From the NCBI GenBank assembly GCA_946186925.1, contig CAMHPA010000010.1:2595-66594 (forward strand): 64,000 bases of DNA. The letters run 5' to 3'. The notes under the pieces were generated by a model. The model saw nothing but the letters and a program-made list of their open reading frames with translations. It had not been told where the DNA came from and made no database searches. This DNA is from an uncultured Bacteroidota bacterium. Its GTDB lineage: Bacteria > Bacteroidota > Bacteroidia > Bacteroidales > SZUA-534. The translations under genes and the position numbers were made by a program. Below, one piece after another: positions 16,555 to 25,625 of the stretch (positions are counted from its first letter, which is position 1; each line of letters begins with the position of its first letter).

Positions 16555-17970
16555 TTACGGATAAACAACGTTCACAGAGCCTTTGCGCTCAATGGTCTGG
16601 CCGTTTTGCAGTTTGGCCTTCAGGTAGTAGAGATAGCCGCCTTCGGCCACCTGCTTGCCGCTCTGGGTGCCGTCCCAACGGTTGTCGGGACTTGACGAAA
16701 CAAAGACGCGGCCGCCATAGCGGTCATAAACAATAAATTCAAAATCAACTATTTGCGCCGATTTCACCACAGGCCCGAAAGTGTCGTTCAGGCCGTCGCC
16801 GTTTGGTGTGAAGGCGGTTGGCAGCCACATATCAGCCTGACGCTCAACGCAAACCGTATTCGATTGGCTCAATCGGGTTCCATCAGCCGCTTCAACACGA
16901 ATGCAGAAATTCTGTGCGCGGTCATCGGCTATCTCATTGAAGTTCAGTTCTATTGAAGTATCAGTCAAATCGGTTGCAGCGGGTGTTTCCGAGCCGCCAT
17001 CAACGCTGCAAAAAACGGTGTACTGCTCACTGTTTGAGAGTGAACGGTTCCACTTCACTTGTATAGATTCCGCATCCGCATCGGCTTCAATCACAATCGG
17101 ATAGACATCGCTGGTTGTAAAAATCGGCTCGCCGCAATAATTTAATGCACTCAAGGTGTAGGCGGCTTTGGCGTTATCGGCATTGAAGATGAATGTCGGC
17201 TGTGAAAAGTCGGTTATCTGGCTGTCGCTCAGTTTTTGACCATCAGAAAATTGCTGAATGGAATAGCCTTGCAAATCAGCGTCAACGTCGATTCTGCAAT
17301 GAAGTTCCACCGCCCCCTGACGGTTCACAATCGTGTCGATGCCAATGAGCGATTGGTCGGGCAATTTTGGTTTGAAAGTAGTGTAACTGATTATGTTTGA
17401 GAGCGATTTAAGCCCGTTTTGCAGCGTGGCGACAACCATAAAATTGTAGTCGGTGCCTTCTTCGAGTTCAGCGGTGGCGAATGTTGTGTCAGCGGTTGAG
17501 CCAAAATTGCTGTATGGCTGCCCGATTTTGCGGCCCAAAACCGTGTAACTGGCAACATCGGTGCCAATGTATGCCGACCAATTGAGAATCAGCGAGTTGC
17601 TGCATTTATCATAATCGCCACTGCGCAAAAAAACCGTCTGATGGGCATCGCTCAATGGGGCATTGTGATCGCCTGCAATCGATGTTGAGACTGCGTATCG
17701 CTCGGCGTGCTCAAACGGGTGTGCTTTAACATCCTGATATTCATGCATATTTGCAGGTAACGAATCGACAACCAGCACCCATTTGTCATTTTCCCAATGA
17801 TAAACGGCAAACGACTGTCCGTTAACCACTTCGGCAACATTCCATTTGATGGTGACGCGCCGCTCACTCATCGTGTCAACGCTCACACTGCTGATTTCGG
17901 CATAGCGTCCGCCTTGCGCAAACGCCTGATTTGCAGCCAACAACAGCAATATGGCGAGCAGACGTCGCAT
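16555..17970 (-). CDS. secreted multi-Ig/FN3-like protein with T9SS type B (gliding-motility C-terminal) sorting domain
   Basis: The signal peptide is MRRLLAILLLLAANQAFAQ. The C-terminal PTAFTPNGDGLNDTFGP...FIVYDRYGGRVF...WDG...GGYLYYLKA is the type B CTD signature. Confidence 0.8.
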   Translation of the reverse strand: MRRLLAILLLLAANQAFAQGGRYAEISSVSVDTMSERRVTIKWNVAEVVNGQSFAVYHWENDKWVLVVDSLPANMHEYQDVKAHPFEHAERYAVSTSIAGDHNAPLSDAHQTVFLRSGDYDKCSNSLILNWSAYIGTDVASYTVLGRKIGQPYSNFGSTADTTFATAELEEGTDYNFMVVATLQNGLKSLSNIISYTTFKPKLPDQSLIGIDTIVNRQGAVELHCRIDVDADLQGYSIQQFSDGQKLSDSQITDFSQPTFIFNADNAKAAYTLSALNYCGEPIFTTSDVYPIVIEADADAESIQVKWNRSLSNSEQYTVFCSVDGGSETPAATDLTDTSIELNFNEIADDRAQNFCIRVEAADGTRLSQSNTVCVERQADMWLPTAFTPNGDGLNDTFGPVVKSAQIVDFEFIVYDRYGGRVFVSSSPDNRWDGTQSGKQVAEGGYLYYLKAKLQNGQTIERKGSVNVVYP

Positions 17971-17975
17971 CAGTG

Positions 17976-19307
17976 TTATTTCACAAGCGAGTTGACAGCC
18001 GCTTCAACCGACGCAAAGTCGAACGATGCGCTCACTTCGGCAAACTTGCGGTCAATTTGGTCGTTACACAGGTTGCCGATGCTGCCTTCGTGGGTGTGGT
18101 TTATGTGCGTTTCGGGCACAAAACGGCCGTCTTTGATGTCGAAAGCCACCTGCTTGTAGGCATCGCGGAAAGGCACGCCCGACAGCACCAGTTTGTTCAC
18201 CACTTCAACGCTGAAAGCCAACTGATATTTAGGCTCTTTCATAATGTCCTTGCGCACTTCGGTGTTCTTCAACATCAGTTCGGCCAGGCGCAGGCAGTCT
18301 TTCAAATCGTTGATTGCGGGAATTATCTGTTCCTTAAGCAGTTGCAGGTCGCGGTGATAGCCCGATGGCAGGTTCGAGATGGTGAGTGTGATGTCGGTTG
18401 GCAGCGCCTTGATGCGGTTGCACTTGCCGCGCACAAGTTCCCAAACATCGGGGTTTTTCTTGTGCGGCATAATCGACGAGCCTGTTGTGAATTCGTCGGG
18501 AAGATGCACAAAACCAAGGTCTTGCGAGTTGTACATACACATATCCATCGCCATTCGGCTCAGCGTTTGCGCCATTGCGGCCATTGCAAAACTCAAATCT
18601 TGTTCGGTTTTGCCGCGACCCATTTGAGCGCACACCACATTGTAGTTCAAATCGCTGAAACCAAGCAGTTTGGTTGTGAGTGTGCGGTTGAGCGGGAACG
18701 ACGAGCCGTATCCAGCCGCCGAGCCCAATGGGTTTTGATTGATAACCTTGTAAGCCGCGCTCAGCATCCGAAGGTCATCAGTCAGGCATTCGGCGTAAGC
18801 CCCAAACCACAATCCGAACGATGACGGCATAGCCACCTGCAGGTGGGTGTAGCCAGGCATCAGGTCGTCTTTGTGTTTGTCGCTCAAGGCGATAAGCGTC
18901 TTGAAGAGCGATGCCGCAAGGTCGAAAATCTGACGGACTTCGTGGCGCAGATAGAGTTTCATATCCACAAGCACCTGGTCGTTGCGTGAGCGGCCGCTGT
19001 GCACTTTCTTGCCCATATCGCCCAGCGAGCGCGTGAGCATCAGTTCAACCTGCGAGTGGATGTCTTCAACATCGTCTTCAATCTTGAGTTTTCCTGCGGC
19101 GGCCGTGGCGTAAATCTTTTTGAGTTCGGCCAGCAGCGTGTCCAGTTCGTTTTTCTCAAGCAGGCCGATGGTCTGCAGCATTGTGATGTGCGCCATTGTG
19201 CCCATCACGTCGAACGGCGCCAGGTATAGGTCCATTTCGCGGTCGAGTCCGACGGTGAACTGCTCGACAAGTTCGTTTGTGGCAATGCCCTTATCCCAAA
19301 GTTTCAT
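17976..19307 (-). CDS. argH: argininosuccinate lyase
   Basis: It starts MKLWDKG and carries the fumarate-lyase signature GSSIMPHKKNPD. The ORF-track start at 19346 adds 13 unlikely residues. Confidence 0.92.
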   Translation of the reverse strand: MKLWDKGIATNELVEQFTVGLDREMDLYLAPFDVMGTMAHITMLQTIGLLEKNELDTLLAELKKIYATAAAGKLKIEDDVEDIHSQVELMLTRSLGDMGKKVHSGRSRNDQVLVDMKLYLRHEVRQIFDLAASLFKTLIALSDKHKDDLMPGYTHLQVAMPSSFGLWFGAYAECLTDDLRMLSAAYKVINQNPLGSAAGYGSSFPLNRTLTTKLLGFSDLNYNVVCAQMGRGKTEQDLSFAMAAMAQTLSRMAMDMCMYNSQDLGFVHLPDEFTTGSSIMPHKKNPDVWELVRGKCNRIKALPTDITLTISNLPSGYHRDLQLLKEQIIPAINDLKDCLRLAELMLKNTEVRKDIMKEPKYQLAFSVEVVNKLVLSGVPFRDAYKQVAFDIKDGRFVPETHINHTHEGSIGNLCNDQIDRKFAEVSASFDFASVEAAVNSLVK

Positions 19308-19503
19308 TTGTATCTGTTTTATTGTCTGATAAATAGATAGACGCAACGCATTGCGCCACCGAGTTGTACGGCTGACAAATGTAGCAATTTAGTGCTGATT
19401 GGACGCGAGGGAGGTGAAAAATGGCGAATTAGTGATGCCTGATTAATTTAGTTTTCAGTGAAAACCAAATGAAATGACTGATTTGCCATTGCCTAAAAAA
19501 AGA

Positions 19504-19511
19504 TACATTTG
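19504..19511 (+). promoter_or_regulatory. Bacteroidetes -7 box TAcaTTTG
   Basis: Exact TAnnTTTG match, ending 23 nt upstream of the ATG at 19534. Confidence 0.45.
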
Positions 19512-19533
19512 CCCACAACAAAAATGTTAATTA

Positions 19534-21762
19534 ATGGATTCGAAGAATTCTGAATTTACTGACGAAGAAAAACAGCTGATTCAAGACCAGTTCCAGGATT
19601 TGTTGCAGTCGGCGCGAATGTCGCAAAGCCCCGAAGATAAGGCGATTATCACCAAGGCGTTCGACCTTGCCAACCGCGCGCACGCCAATATGCGGCGCAA
19701 ATCGGGCGAACCGTACATTCTGCACCCCATTGCTGTGGCCAAAATCGCCACAACTGAGATTGGATTAGGCACTAAATCAATAGTTTCGGCTCTGTTGCAC
19801 GATGTGGTCGAGGACACCGATTTCACCGTCGAGGACATCAAAATGCAGTTTGGCGACAAGATTGCCAACATTGTTGACGGCCTGACGAAAATTGCGGGCG
19901 TGTTCGACGGGCAGACCAACCTTCAGGCCGAGAATTTCAAGAAGATAATTATGACGATGGCCGACGACCTTCGGGTGATTTTCATCAAGTTGGCCGACCG
20001 TCTGCACAATATGCGCACGCTCGACAGTATGCCGCCCAACAAGCAGCTCAAAATCGCGAGCGAGACGCTGTTCATCTACGCGCCGCTGGCTCACCGTCTG
20101 GGATTGTACTCAATCAAAACCGAGCTTGAGGATTTGTGTCTGAAGTACCATCACCCGTTTGAGTATCAGCGTATTGCAAGCTTTATCAAGGCGAGCGAGC
20201 AGAAGCGTTTCACCTACATCAACCGCTTCTCGCTGCCCATCACCGCAAGGTTGAACGCCGAAAAATACACTTACGAGATAACGGGCCGGCCGAAGTCGAT
20301 TTACTCCATCTGGCACAAGATGGAAACCAAGAAGGTGCCGCTGGAGGAGATTTACGACCTGTTTGCCATCCGCATCATCTTCGATCCCGACCCCAACATT
20401 CCAGAAAAAACTCAATGCTGGGCCATCTATTCCATAATCACCGACCTTTACACGCCGCGTCCCGACCGCATCCGCGACTGGATCAGCCAGCCGAAATCGA
20501 ACGGCTACGAGGCGCTGCACACCACGGTGATGGGCCCTGGCGGACAGTGGGTTGAAGTGCAGATTCGCTCGCGCCGGATGAACGAGATTGCCGAGCGCGG
20601 ATATGCCGCCCATTGGAAATACAAGGAGAACACAACAAGCGAAAACGAGCTTGACAAGTGGATTTTCGAAATCCGCAAGATGCTTGAGGACCCCAAAACC
20701 GATGCTTATGATTTTCTCGATGAGTTCAAACTGAACCTTTTCGCGTCGGAAATTACGGTGTTCACGCCTAAGGGCGAATCGGTTACGCTGCCGGCCAAAT
20801 CAACGGTGCTCGACTTTGCCTTTGAGATTCACTCGCAGGTGGGCTATCACGCCTACGGCGCCAAGGTGAACCACAAGTTGGTGTCACTGAATCAGGAACT
20901 TAACGCTGGTGACCAAATTGAGATTCTGACATCGGAAAAGCAGCAGCCCGAGCCGGAGTGGATTGATTATGTTACGACCGCCAAAGCGCGCAACACCATC
21001 AAAAGCTTCTTCAAAGACCAGCGCAAGAACGCCGCCACCGAGGGCAAGCTGCATCTGGAATGGCTTCTGGAACAGGCGAAAATGCAAATCAGCTCGAACA
21101 TTTTCCGCAAGCTTTTCAATCACTTCAACACCCACAACAAAGACGAGCTCTACTTCAAACTTGGTTCGCAGAAAATCACTCTGGACGAGTTCAAAAACAT
21201 AATGGAGACGCGGTCGCGGAGCAAGTGGATGCGCTTTTGGGGCATTTCGCGCTCGAAGACCAACGCCACGCAGAAGTTCGACAAGTCGAAGCCGCTGATT
21301 GTTGACGACAACACGCAAGGCTATCAGATTGCAACTTGCTGTAATCCAATCCCCGGCGACGATGTGATTGGCTACCGCATTGCCGACGACGAGCTGGTAA
21401 TCCACAGCACATCGTGCCCCTACGCCATTAAACTGAGTTCGAGCGACAGTGCCAATGTGGTGAAGGTTGAATGGACATCGCAGAAGCTGATGGCCTATCT
21501 GGGGCGCATCAAGGTGAAGGGCATCTACAGCGCCGACGCGATAAACAAGGTGTCGAAGGCCGTCACAAGCCAGCTCGATGTCAATCTGCGGGCAATGAAC
21601 ATCGATTGCCACGATGGAATTTTTGAGGGTACTATCGATGTGTATGTGCATAATAATGAATTTCTTACGCAGATAATAAAAGATTTGCAGAAAATTAAGG
21701 GAATGTCGCACGTAACGCGCGATTTACTTGAGGAGAAGCCTGAAGTGCGAATTGAAAAATAA
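19534..21762 (+). CDS. bifunctional (p)ppGpp synthetase/hydrolase, RelA/SpoT family
   Basis: The HD domain (HPIAVA...LLHDVVEDT), synthetase motifs (GRPKSIYSIWHKM, DLFAIRII, YEALHTTV), and TGS and ACT-like tails are all present. Confidence 0.93.
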   Translation: MDSKNSEFTDEEKQLIQDQFQDLLQSARMSQSPEDKAIITKAFDLANRAHANMRRKSGEPYILHPIAVAKIATTEIGLGTKSIVSALLHDVVEDTDFTVEDIKMQFGDKIANIVDGLTKIAGVFDGQTNLQAENFKKIIMTMADDLRVIFIKLADRLHNMRTLDSMPPNKQLKIASETLFIYAPLAHRLGLYSIKTELEDLCLKYHHPFEYQRIASFIKASEQKRFTYINRFSLPITARLNAEKYTYEITGRPKSIYSIWHKMETKKVPLEEIYDLFAIRIIFDPDPNIPEKTQCWAIYSIITDLYTPRPDRIRDWISQPKSNGYEALHTTVMGPGGQWVEVQIRSRRMNEIAERGYAAHWKYKENTTSENELDKWIFEIRKMLEDPKTDAYDFLDEFKLNLFASEITVFTPKGESVTLPAKSTVLDFAFEIHSQVGYHAYGAKVNHKLVSLNQELNAGDQIEILTSEKQQPEPEWIDYVTTAKARNTIKSFFKDQRKNAATEGKLHLEWLLEQAKMQISSNIFRKLFNHFNTHNKDELYFKLGSQKITLDEFKNIMETRSRSKWMRFWGISRSKTNATQKFDKSKPLIVDDNTQGYQIATCCNPIPGDDVIGYRIADDELVIHSTSCPYAIKLSSSDSANVVKVEWTSQKLMAYLGRIKVKGIYSADAINKVSKAVTSQLDVNLRAMNIDCHDGIFEGTIDVYVHNNEFLTQIIKDLQKIKGMSHVTRDLLEEKPEVRIEK

Positions 21763-21768
21763 CAGAAA

Positions 21769-23091
21769 ATGACGAAAAAAATCTATATCGAAACATACGG
21801 TTGCCAGATGAATGTTGCTGATAGCGAGGTTGTTGCGGCTATTTTGAAGGGTGAGGGCTACGATTATACCCGTGAGCGCGACGATGCCGACATTATTCTG
21901 CTCAACACCTGCTCAATACGTGACAACGCCGAGCAGCGCATCTGGGCCAAACTCGATGGACTTCAGCAACTTAAGCGCCAAAAGCCCGCCTTGCTGGTGG
22001 GTGTCATCGGCTGTATGGCCGAGCGGCTCGGTAAGGAGCTGATTGAGAAAAAATCGGTTGACATTGTGGCGGGCCCCGACTCGTACATTCATCTGCCAAT
22101 ACTTGTAACGAAGGCGCTTGGCGGCCAGCCGGCCATCGACACCGAACTCTCGGTAACCGAAACGTACGCGGGCATCTGTCCCACACGCATCGAGACCAAC
22201 GGCGTGTCGGCGTTTGTGAGCATTATGCGCGGCTGCAACAATTTCTGCTCATACTGCATTGTGCCCTACACCCGCGGACGCGAGCGCAGCCGCGACATTG
22301 CCGACATTCTGGCCGAAGTGGCCGACCTTGACAGCAAGGGCTACAAAGAGGTTACGCTGCTGGGGCAGAACGTGAACTCATACAATTTCAAAGGTACCGA
22401 TGGTGAGATAAAATTTCCTCAACTGCTTGAAACTGTTGCAGAAAAGTTCCCCACAATGCGCATCCGCTTCTCGACAAGCCACCCCAAGGATATGGCCGAC
22501 GAGACACTGCAAGTGATTGCCGCTCACCCGAATATCTGCCGCCACATCCACCTGCCTGTGCAGAGTGGCAGCAACAAGATTCTTGAGGCGATGAACCGCA
22601 AATACACGCGCGAGTGGTATATGGGCCGCATTGAGGCCATCCGCAAGTTCATTCCCGAGTGCGCCATCAGCACCGATGTTTTCTGCGGCTTCCATTCTGA
22701 AACCGATGAAGACCAACAACTTACACTCGACCTTATGCGGTGGGCGAAGTTCGATTCGGCGTTTATGTTCAAATACTCGGAACGTCCAGGAACCAAGGCC
22801 GCCCGCACAATGCCCGACAATGTGCCTGAAGATGTGAAAGTGGCTCGCCTTCAGCAGATTATCGATTTGCAGAATACGCTTTCAGCCGAATCGAACCAAC
22901 GCGACATTGGCAAGACATTTGAAGTTTTGGTTGAAGGCCCGAGCAAGCGCTCCGATGCCGAATGGTGCGGCCGCAGTTCGCAGAACAAGATGATTGTGTT
23001 TCCGCACAAAGGGCAGAAACCTGGCGATTATGTGAACGTGAAGGTTGAAAGCAGCACGTCGGCGACGTTGATTGGTAAGATTGTGGAGTAG
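21769..23091 (+). CDS. miaB: tRNA (N6-isopentenyl-A37) methylthiotransferase
   Basis: YIETYGCQMN, the radical-SAM motif GCNNFCSYCIVPYTRGRERS and a TRAM-like C-terminus are present. The gene starts 6 nt after the relA/spoT stop. Confidence 0.92.
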   Translation: MTKKIYIETYGCQMNVADSEVVAAILKGEGYDYTRERDDADIILLNTCSIRDNAEQRIWAKLDGLQQLKRQKPALLVGVIGCMAERLGKELIEKKSVDIVAGPDSYIHLPILVTKALGGQPAIDTELSVTETYAGICPTRIETNGVSAFVSIMRGCNNFCSYCIVPYTRGRERSRDIADILAEVADLDSKGYKEVTLLGQNVNSYNFKGTDGEIKFPQLLETVAEKFPTMRIRFSTSHPKDMADETLQVIAAHPNICRHIHLPVQSGSNKILEAMNRKYTREWYMGRIEAIRKFIPECAISTDVFCGFHSETDEDQQLTLDLMRWAKFDSAFMFKYSERPGTKAARTMPDNVPEDVKVARLQQIIDLQNTLSAESNQRDIGKTFEVLVEGPSKRSDAEWCGRSSQNKMIVFPHKGQKPGDYVNVKVESSTSATLIGKIVE

Positions 23092-23094
23092 AGG

Positions 23095-23496
23095 CTACCG
23101 GATTTGTTCCATCTTACCTACCAGCGACTCGACAAATTCGGTCAGCGGTTTCTTTACCATTACCGACATAAGCGCGTTTACATCGGCGTCGAGCGTTACT
23201 TTCACTGCCGATTCGGTATTATGAAATTCCTTCAGTTGAATCCACATGGTGAACCGCAATGGCGATTCAGCGCTTTCTATCTTTAGCAGCCGGCCTGGCT
23301 CACGCTCAATAATGCGCATTCCAAACCGTCCGGCTTTGTCAATGGTGAATGTGCATGAGTCGGGTGTTGATTCCACATCTTTAATTTTGTCATTTTGAGG
23401 CAACATGGTGCTGTTGATGCGGCTGAAGTCTGATATCATGTCATAAACGCGTTCCGGTGTGGCGTAAATGTGCCCAATTCTGCTTTCGATTCTCAT
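23095..23496 (-). CDS. SRPBCC (START/polyketide-cyclase-like) family protein
   Basis: 133 aa, starting MRIESRIGHIYATPERVYDMISDFSRI, typical of the SRPBCC N-terminal strand-helix. Confidence 0.6.
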   Translation of the reverse strand: MRIESRIGHIYATPERVYDMISDFSRINSTMLPQNDKIKDVESTPDSCTFTIDKAGRFGMRIIEREPGRLLKIESAESPLRFTMWIQLKEFHNTESAVKVTLDADVNALMSVMVKKPLTEFVESLVGKMEQIR

Positions 23497-23768
23497 ATTG
23501 AAAGGTTTTCGGCAAAAGTAGTTTTTTTGCTAATACTCAAAAACGGGTAGCTCCTAAAAGCCACCCGTTGCAACTAATTAAAAACCTTATGCGATGTTTT
23601 ACCATCATGCAAAAGACGTTTCAACCCGCAAAAAGTTGCGTGTTAGTGGTCACTTTTTTCGAATTCAGACGGAAGTTATCGATTTGGAATAACTTAAAGC
23701 TTTAAGTCACAACGATTCTTATCTTTTTGATTCACCAAATACATAGTTCACCTATTCAACATTTTTGG

Positions 23769-23776
23769 TACCTTTG
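23769..23776 (+). promoter_or_regulatory. Bacteroidetes -7 box TAccTTTG
   Basis: Exact TAnnTTTG match, ending 27 nt upstream of the ATG at 23803. Confidence 0.45.
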
Positions 23777-23802
23777 CAGACTTGTAAAAATTGACTGACA
23801 AG

Positions 23803-24789
23803 ATGAACACACTATATCCGCTGAAATTCGAACCGATACTGAAAGAGAAGATTTGGGGCGGCAACAAACTATCGACAGTGCTGAACAAATCCCAAGGCTC
23901 GATGCAGAAAATCGGCGAGAGTTGGGAACTGTCGGGGCTCGAAGGCGACCTTTCGGTTGTGGCCAACGGTTTTCTGGCGGGCAACACCATCGACGAACTC
24001 ATCGAAATCTATATGGGCGACCTTGTTGGCGATGCTGTTTTCTCGAAGTTCGGGACTGAATTTCCGTTGCTTTTCAAGTTCATCGAAGCCAGCGACAACC
24101 TTTCAATCCAAGTGCACCCGAACAACGAACTGGCGCTGAGCCGCCACAACGCTTCGGGCAAGACCGAAATGTGGTATATTGTTGAATCTGAACCAGATGC
24201 AAAACTAATTACAGGATTCAACCGCCCAATGGACAAGCAGCAGTATCTTGAACATTTCAAAAACGGCACGTTGCGCGATGTGCTGAATTGGGAAACCGCA
24301 AAGCCTGGCGATGTGTTCTTCATTCCCGCTGGACGAATCCACTCAATCGGTCCCAACATTCTGCTGGCCGAAGTTCAGCAGGCATCCGACATCACCTACC
24401 GCATCTACGACTGGGACCGTCTGGACGCCAACGGCAAACCGCGCGAGATGCACACCGACTGGGCCGTCGATGCCATCGACTACACCTTCAGCAAGGATTA
24501 CCGCACGCCGTACACAATGCCGCAGGACAACAGCACCAACCTTGCCAAATGCCAGTATTTCACGGTCAACATTCTCAATTTCGCAAAGCATATCGACATT
24601 GATTACGGCCGCCTGGACTCGTTTGTGGTGTATATGGCCGTTGAAGGCAAAACGCTCATCGGCGCGCCAAGTCTTGAGCAGCCAATTGAGATTGCAAAGG
24701 GCGAAACCGTGCTCATCCCAGCCGAAATGAAAGAGATTGAACTCACACCGCTCAACGGCGAATCGCGCCTGCTTGAGATTTATATTTAA
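23803..24789 (+). CDS. manA: class I mannose-6-phosphate isomerase
   Basis: It has MNTLYPLKFEPILKEKIWGG, SIQVHPN...GKTEMWYI and FIPAGRIHSIG. The ATG at 23803 is preferred to the TTG at 23791. Confidence 0.88.
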   Translation: MNTLYPLKFEPILKEKIWGGNKLSTVLNKSQGSMQKIGESWELSGLEGDLSVVANGFLAGNTIDELIEIYMGDLVGDAVFSKFGTEFPLLFKFIEASDNLSIQVHPNNELALSRHNASGKTEMWYIVESEPDAKLITGFNRPMDKQQYLEHFKNGTLRDVLNWETAKPGDVFFIPAGRIHSIGPNILLAEVQQASDITYRIYDWDRLDANGKPREMHTDWAVDAIDYTFSKDYRTPYTMPQDNSTNLAKCQYFTVNILNFAKHIDIDYGRLDSFVVYMAVEGKTLIGAPSLEQPIEIAKGETVLIPAEMKEIELTPLNGESRLLEIYI

Positions 24790-24893
24790 GGGTGAACTGG
24801 TGAATCGGTGAATCGATTTAAAACTTCGGACACGACAAAGTGTAAGGTGACAAAACCCTGGCACTCAAATTCCTAAATTCCACATTCTAAATC

Positions 24894-25616
24894 CTAATTA
24901 TCAGCGAACACTTCGTGCAGAATCTCGTACGAGTTCACTTCCTTCATTGTGGAAATGCGGAATGCGTACCACTGCAGCACCGTTTCGAGCAGTAAATCGC
25001 GGTCGGCTTTCGGCATCTGCACATCGCGCAGGTTCTCGTAGGGGCAATCGGCGAAAAAAACTATGCGGCGGAACACATCGGCGGAGACAAAATGGCGGTG
25101 AACAGGCCTGACGGCGATGCTGTGCCCCTGTTCAAGGTCGAAAAACGGATGACTGGCGCCGATGTTCGGGAAAAAGCCGATGATGCGGCTCAACTTCACC
25201 ATAAAAGCCAGATGGAAGAACTGCAGCCCAGCCTGCATCTGCTCAAGAATCTGCACCGACGCGTCGATGAACTCAAACTGCGCATCGTCTTCGGCTTCTT
25301 CGCGGATGCTCTTGCCCACCACTTCGGCCATAAACATCAGCAGGGTGCTCTTGCGAAGGTCGGCGGTGCAACTCACCAGATTCGGCGCGGGGCGGTATTC
25401 GGTCAGTTTCTGAATGTCGCGGTCGGGCTTGTAGGAATAGACCACGTCGAGCAGCGCCATCGGGTGGAAAGCGCCCAACTTCGACCTGCTTTTGCTGCCA
25501 AAGCCGTACACCATCAGCGACACGCGGCCGTGCTGTCGCGAAAGCGCGCGAACGATTATCGACGAATCGCTGAAACGCGTGTGGCTCAAGACGATTATGC
25601 GGTCGGTACAGAGCAT
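24894..25616 (-). CDS. recO: DNA repair protein RecO
   Basis: 240 aa. The N-terminal OB-fold segment is DRIIVLSHTRFSDSSIIVRALSRQHGRVSLMVYG, and the length and layout match RecO. Confidence 0.8.
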   Translation of the reverse strand: MLCTDRIIVLSHTRFSDSSIIVRALSRQHGRVSLMVYGFGSKSRSKLGAFHPMALLDVVYSYKPDRDIQKLTEYRPAPNLVSCTADLRKSTLLMFMAEVVGKSIREEAEDDAQFEFIDASVQILEQMQAGLQFFHLAFMVKLSRIIGFFPNIGASHPFFDLEQGHSIAVRPVHRHFVSADVFRRIVFFADCPYENLRDVQMPKADRDLLLETVLQWYAFRISTMKEVNSYEILHEVFADN

Positions 25617-25625
25617 CGGACGCGG

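Noticed and set aside
24790-24893. Low-complexity word duplications in short spacers: gtgaatcggtgaatcg and taaattcctaaattcc here, tcattcagtcattca at 5641-5668, and aagttttgagttttaagtttt at 43262-43285.
   Set aside because: These are very short slippage-like duplications with no shared consensus. I cannot separate them from the normal AT-rich spacer texture of this genome without genome-wide statistics.
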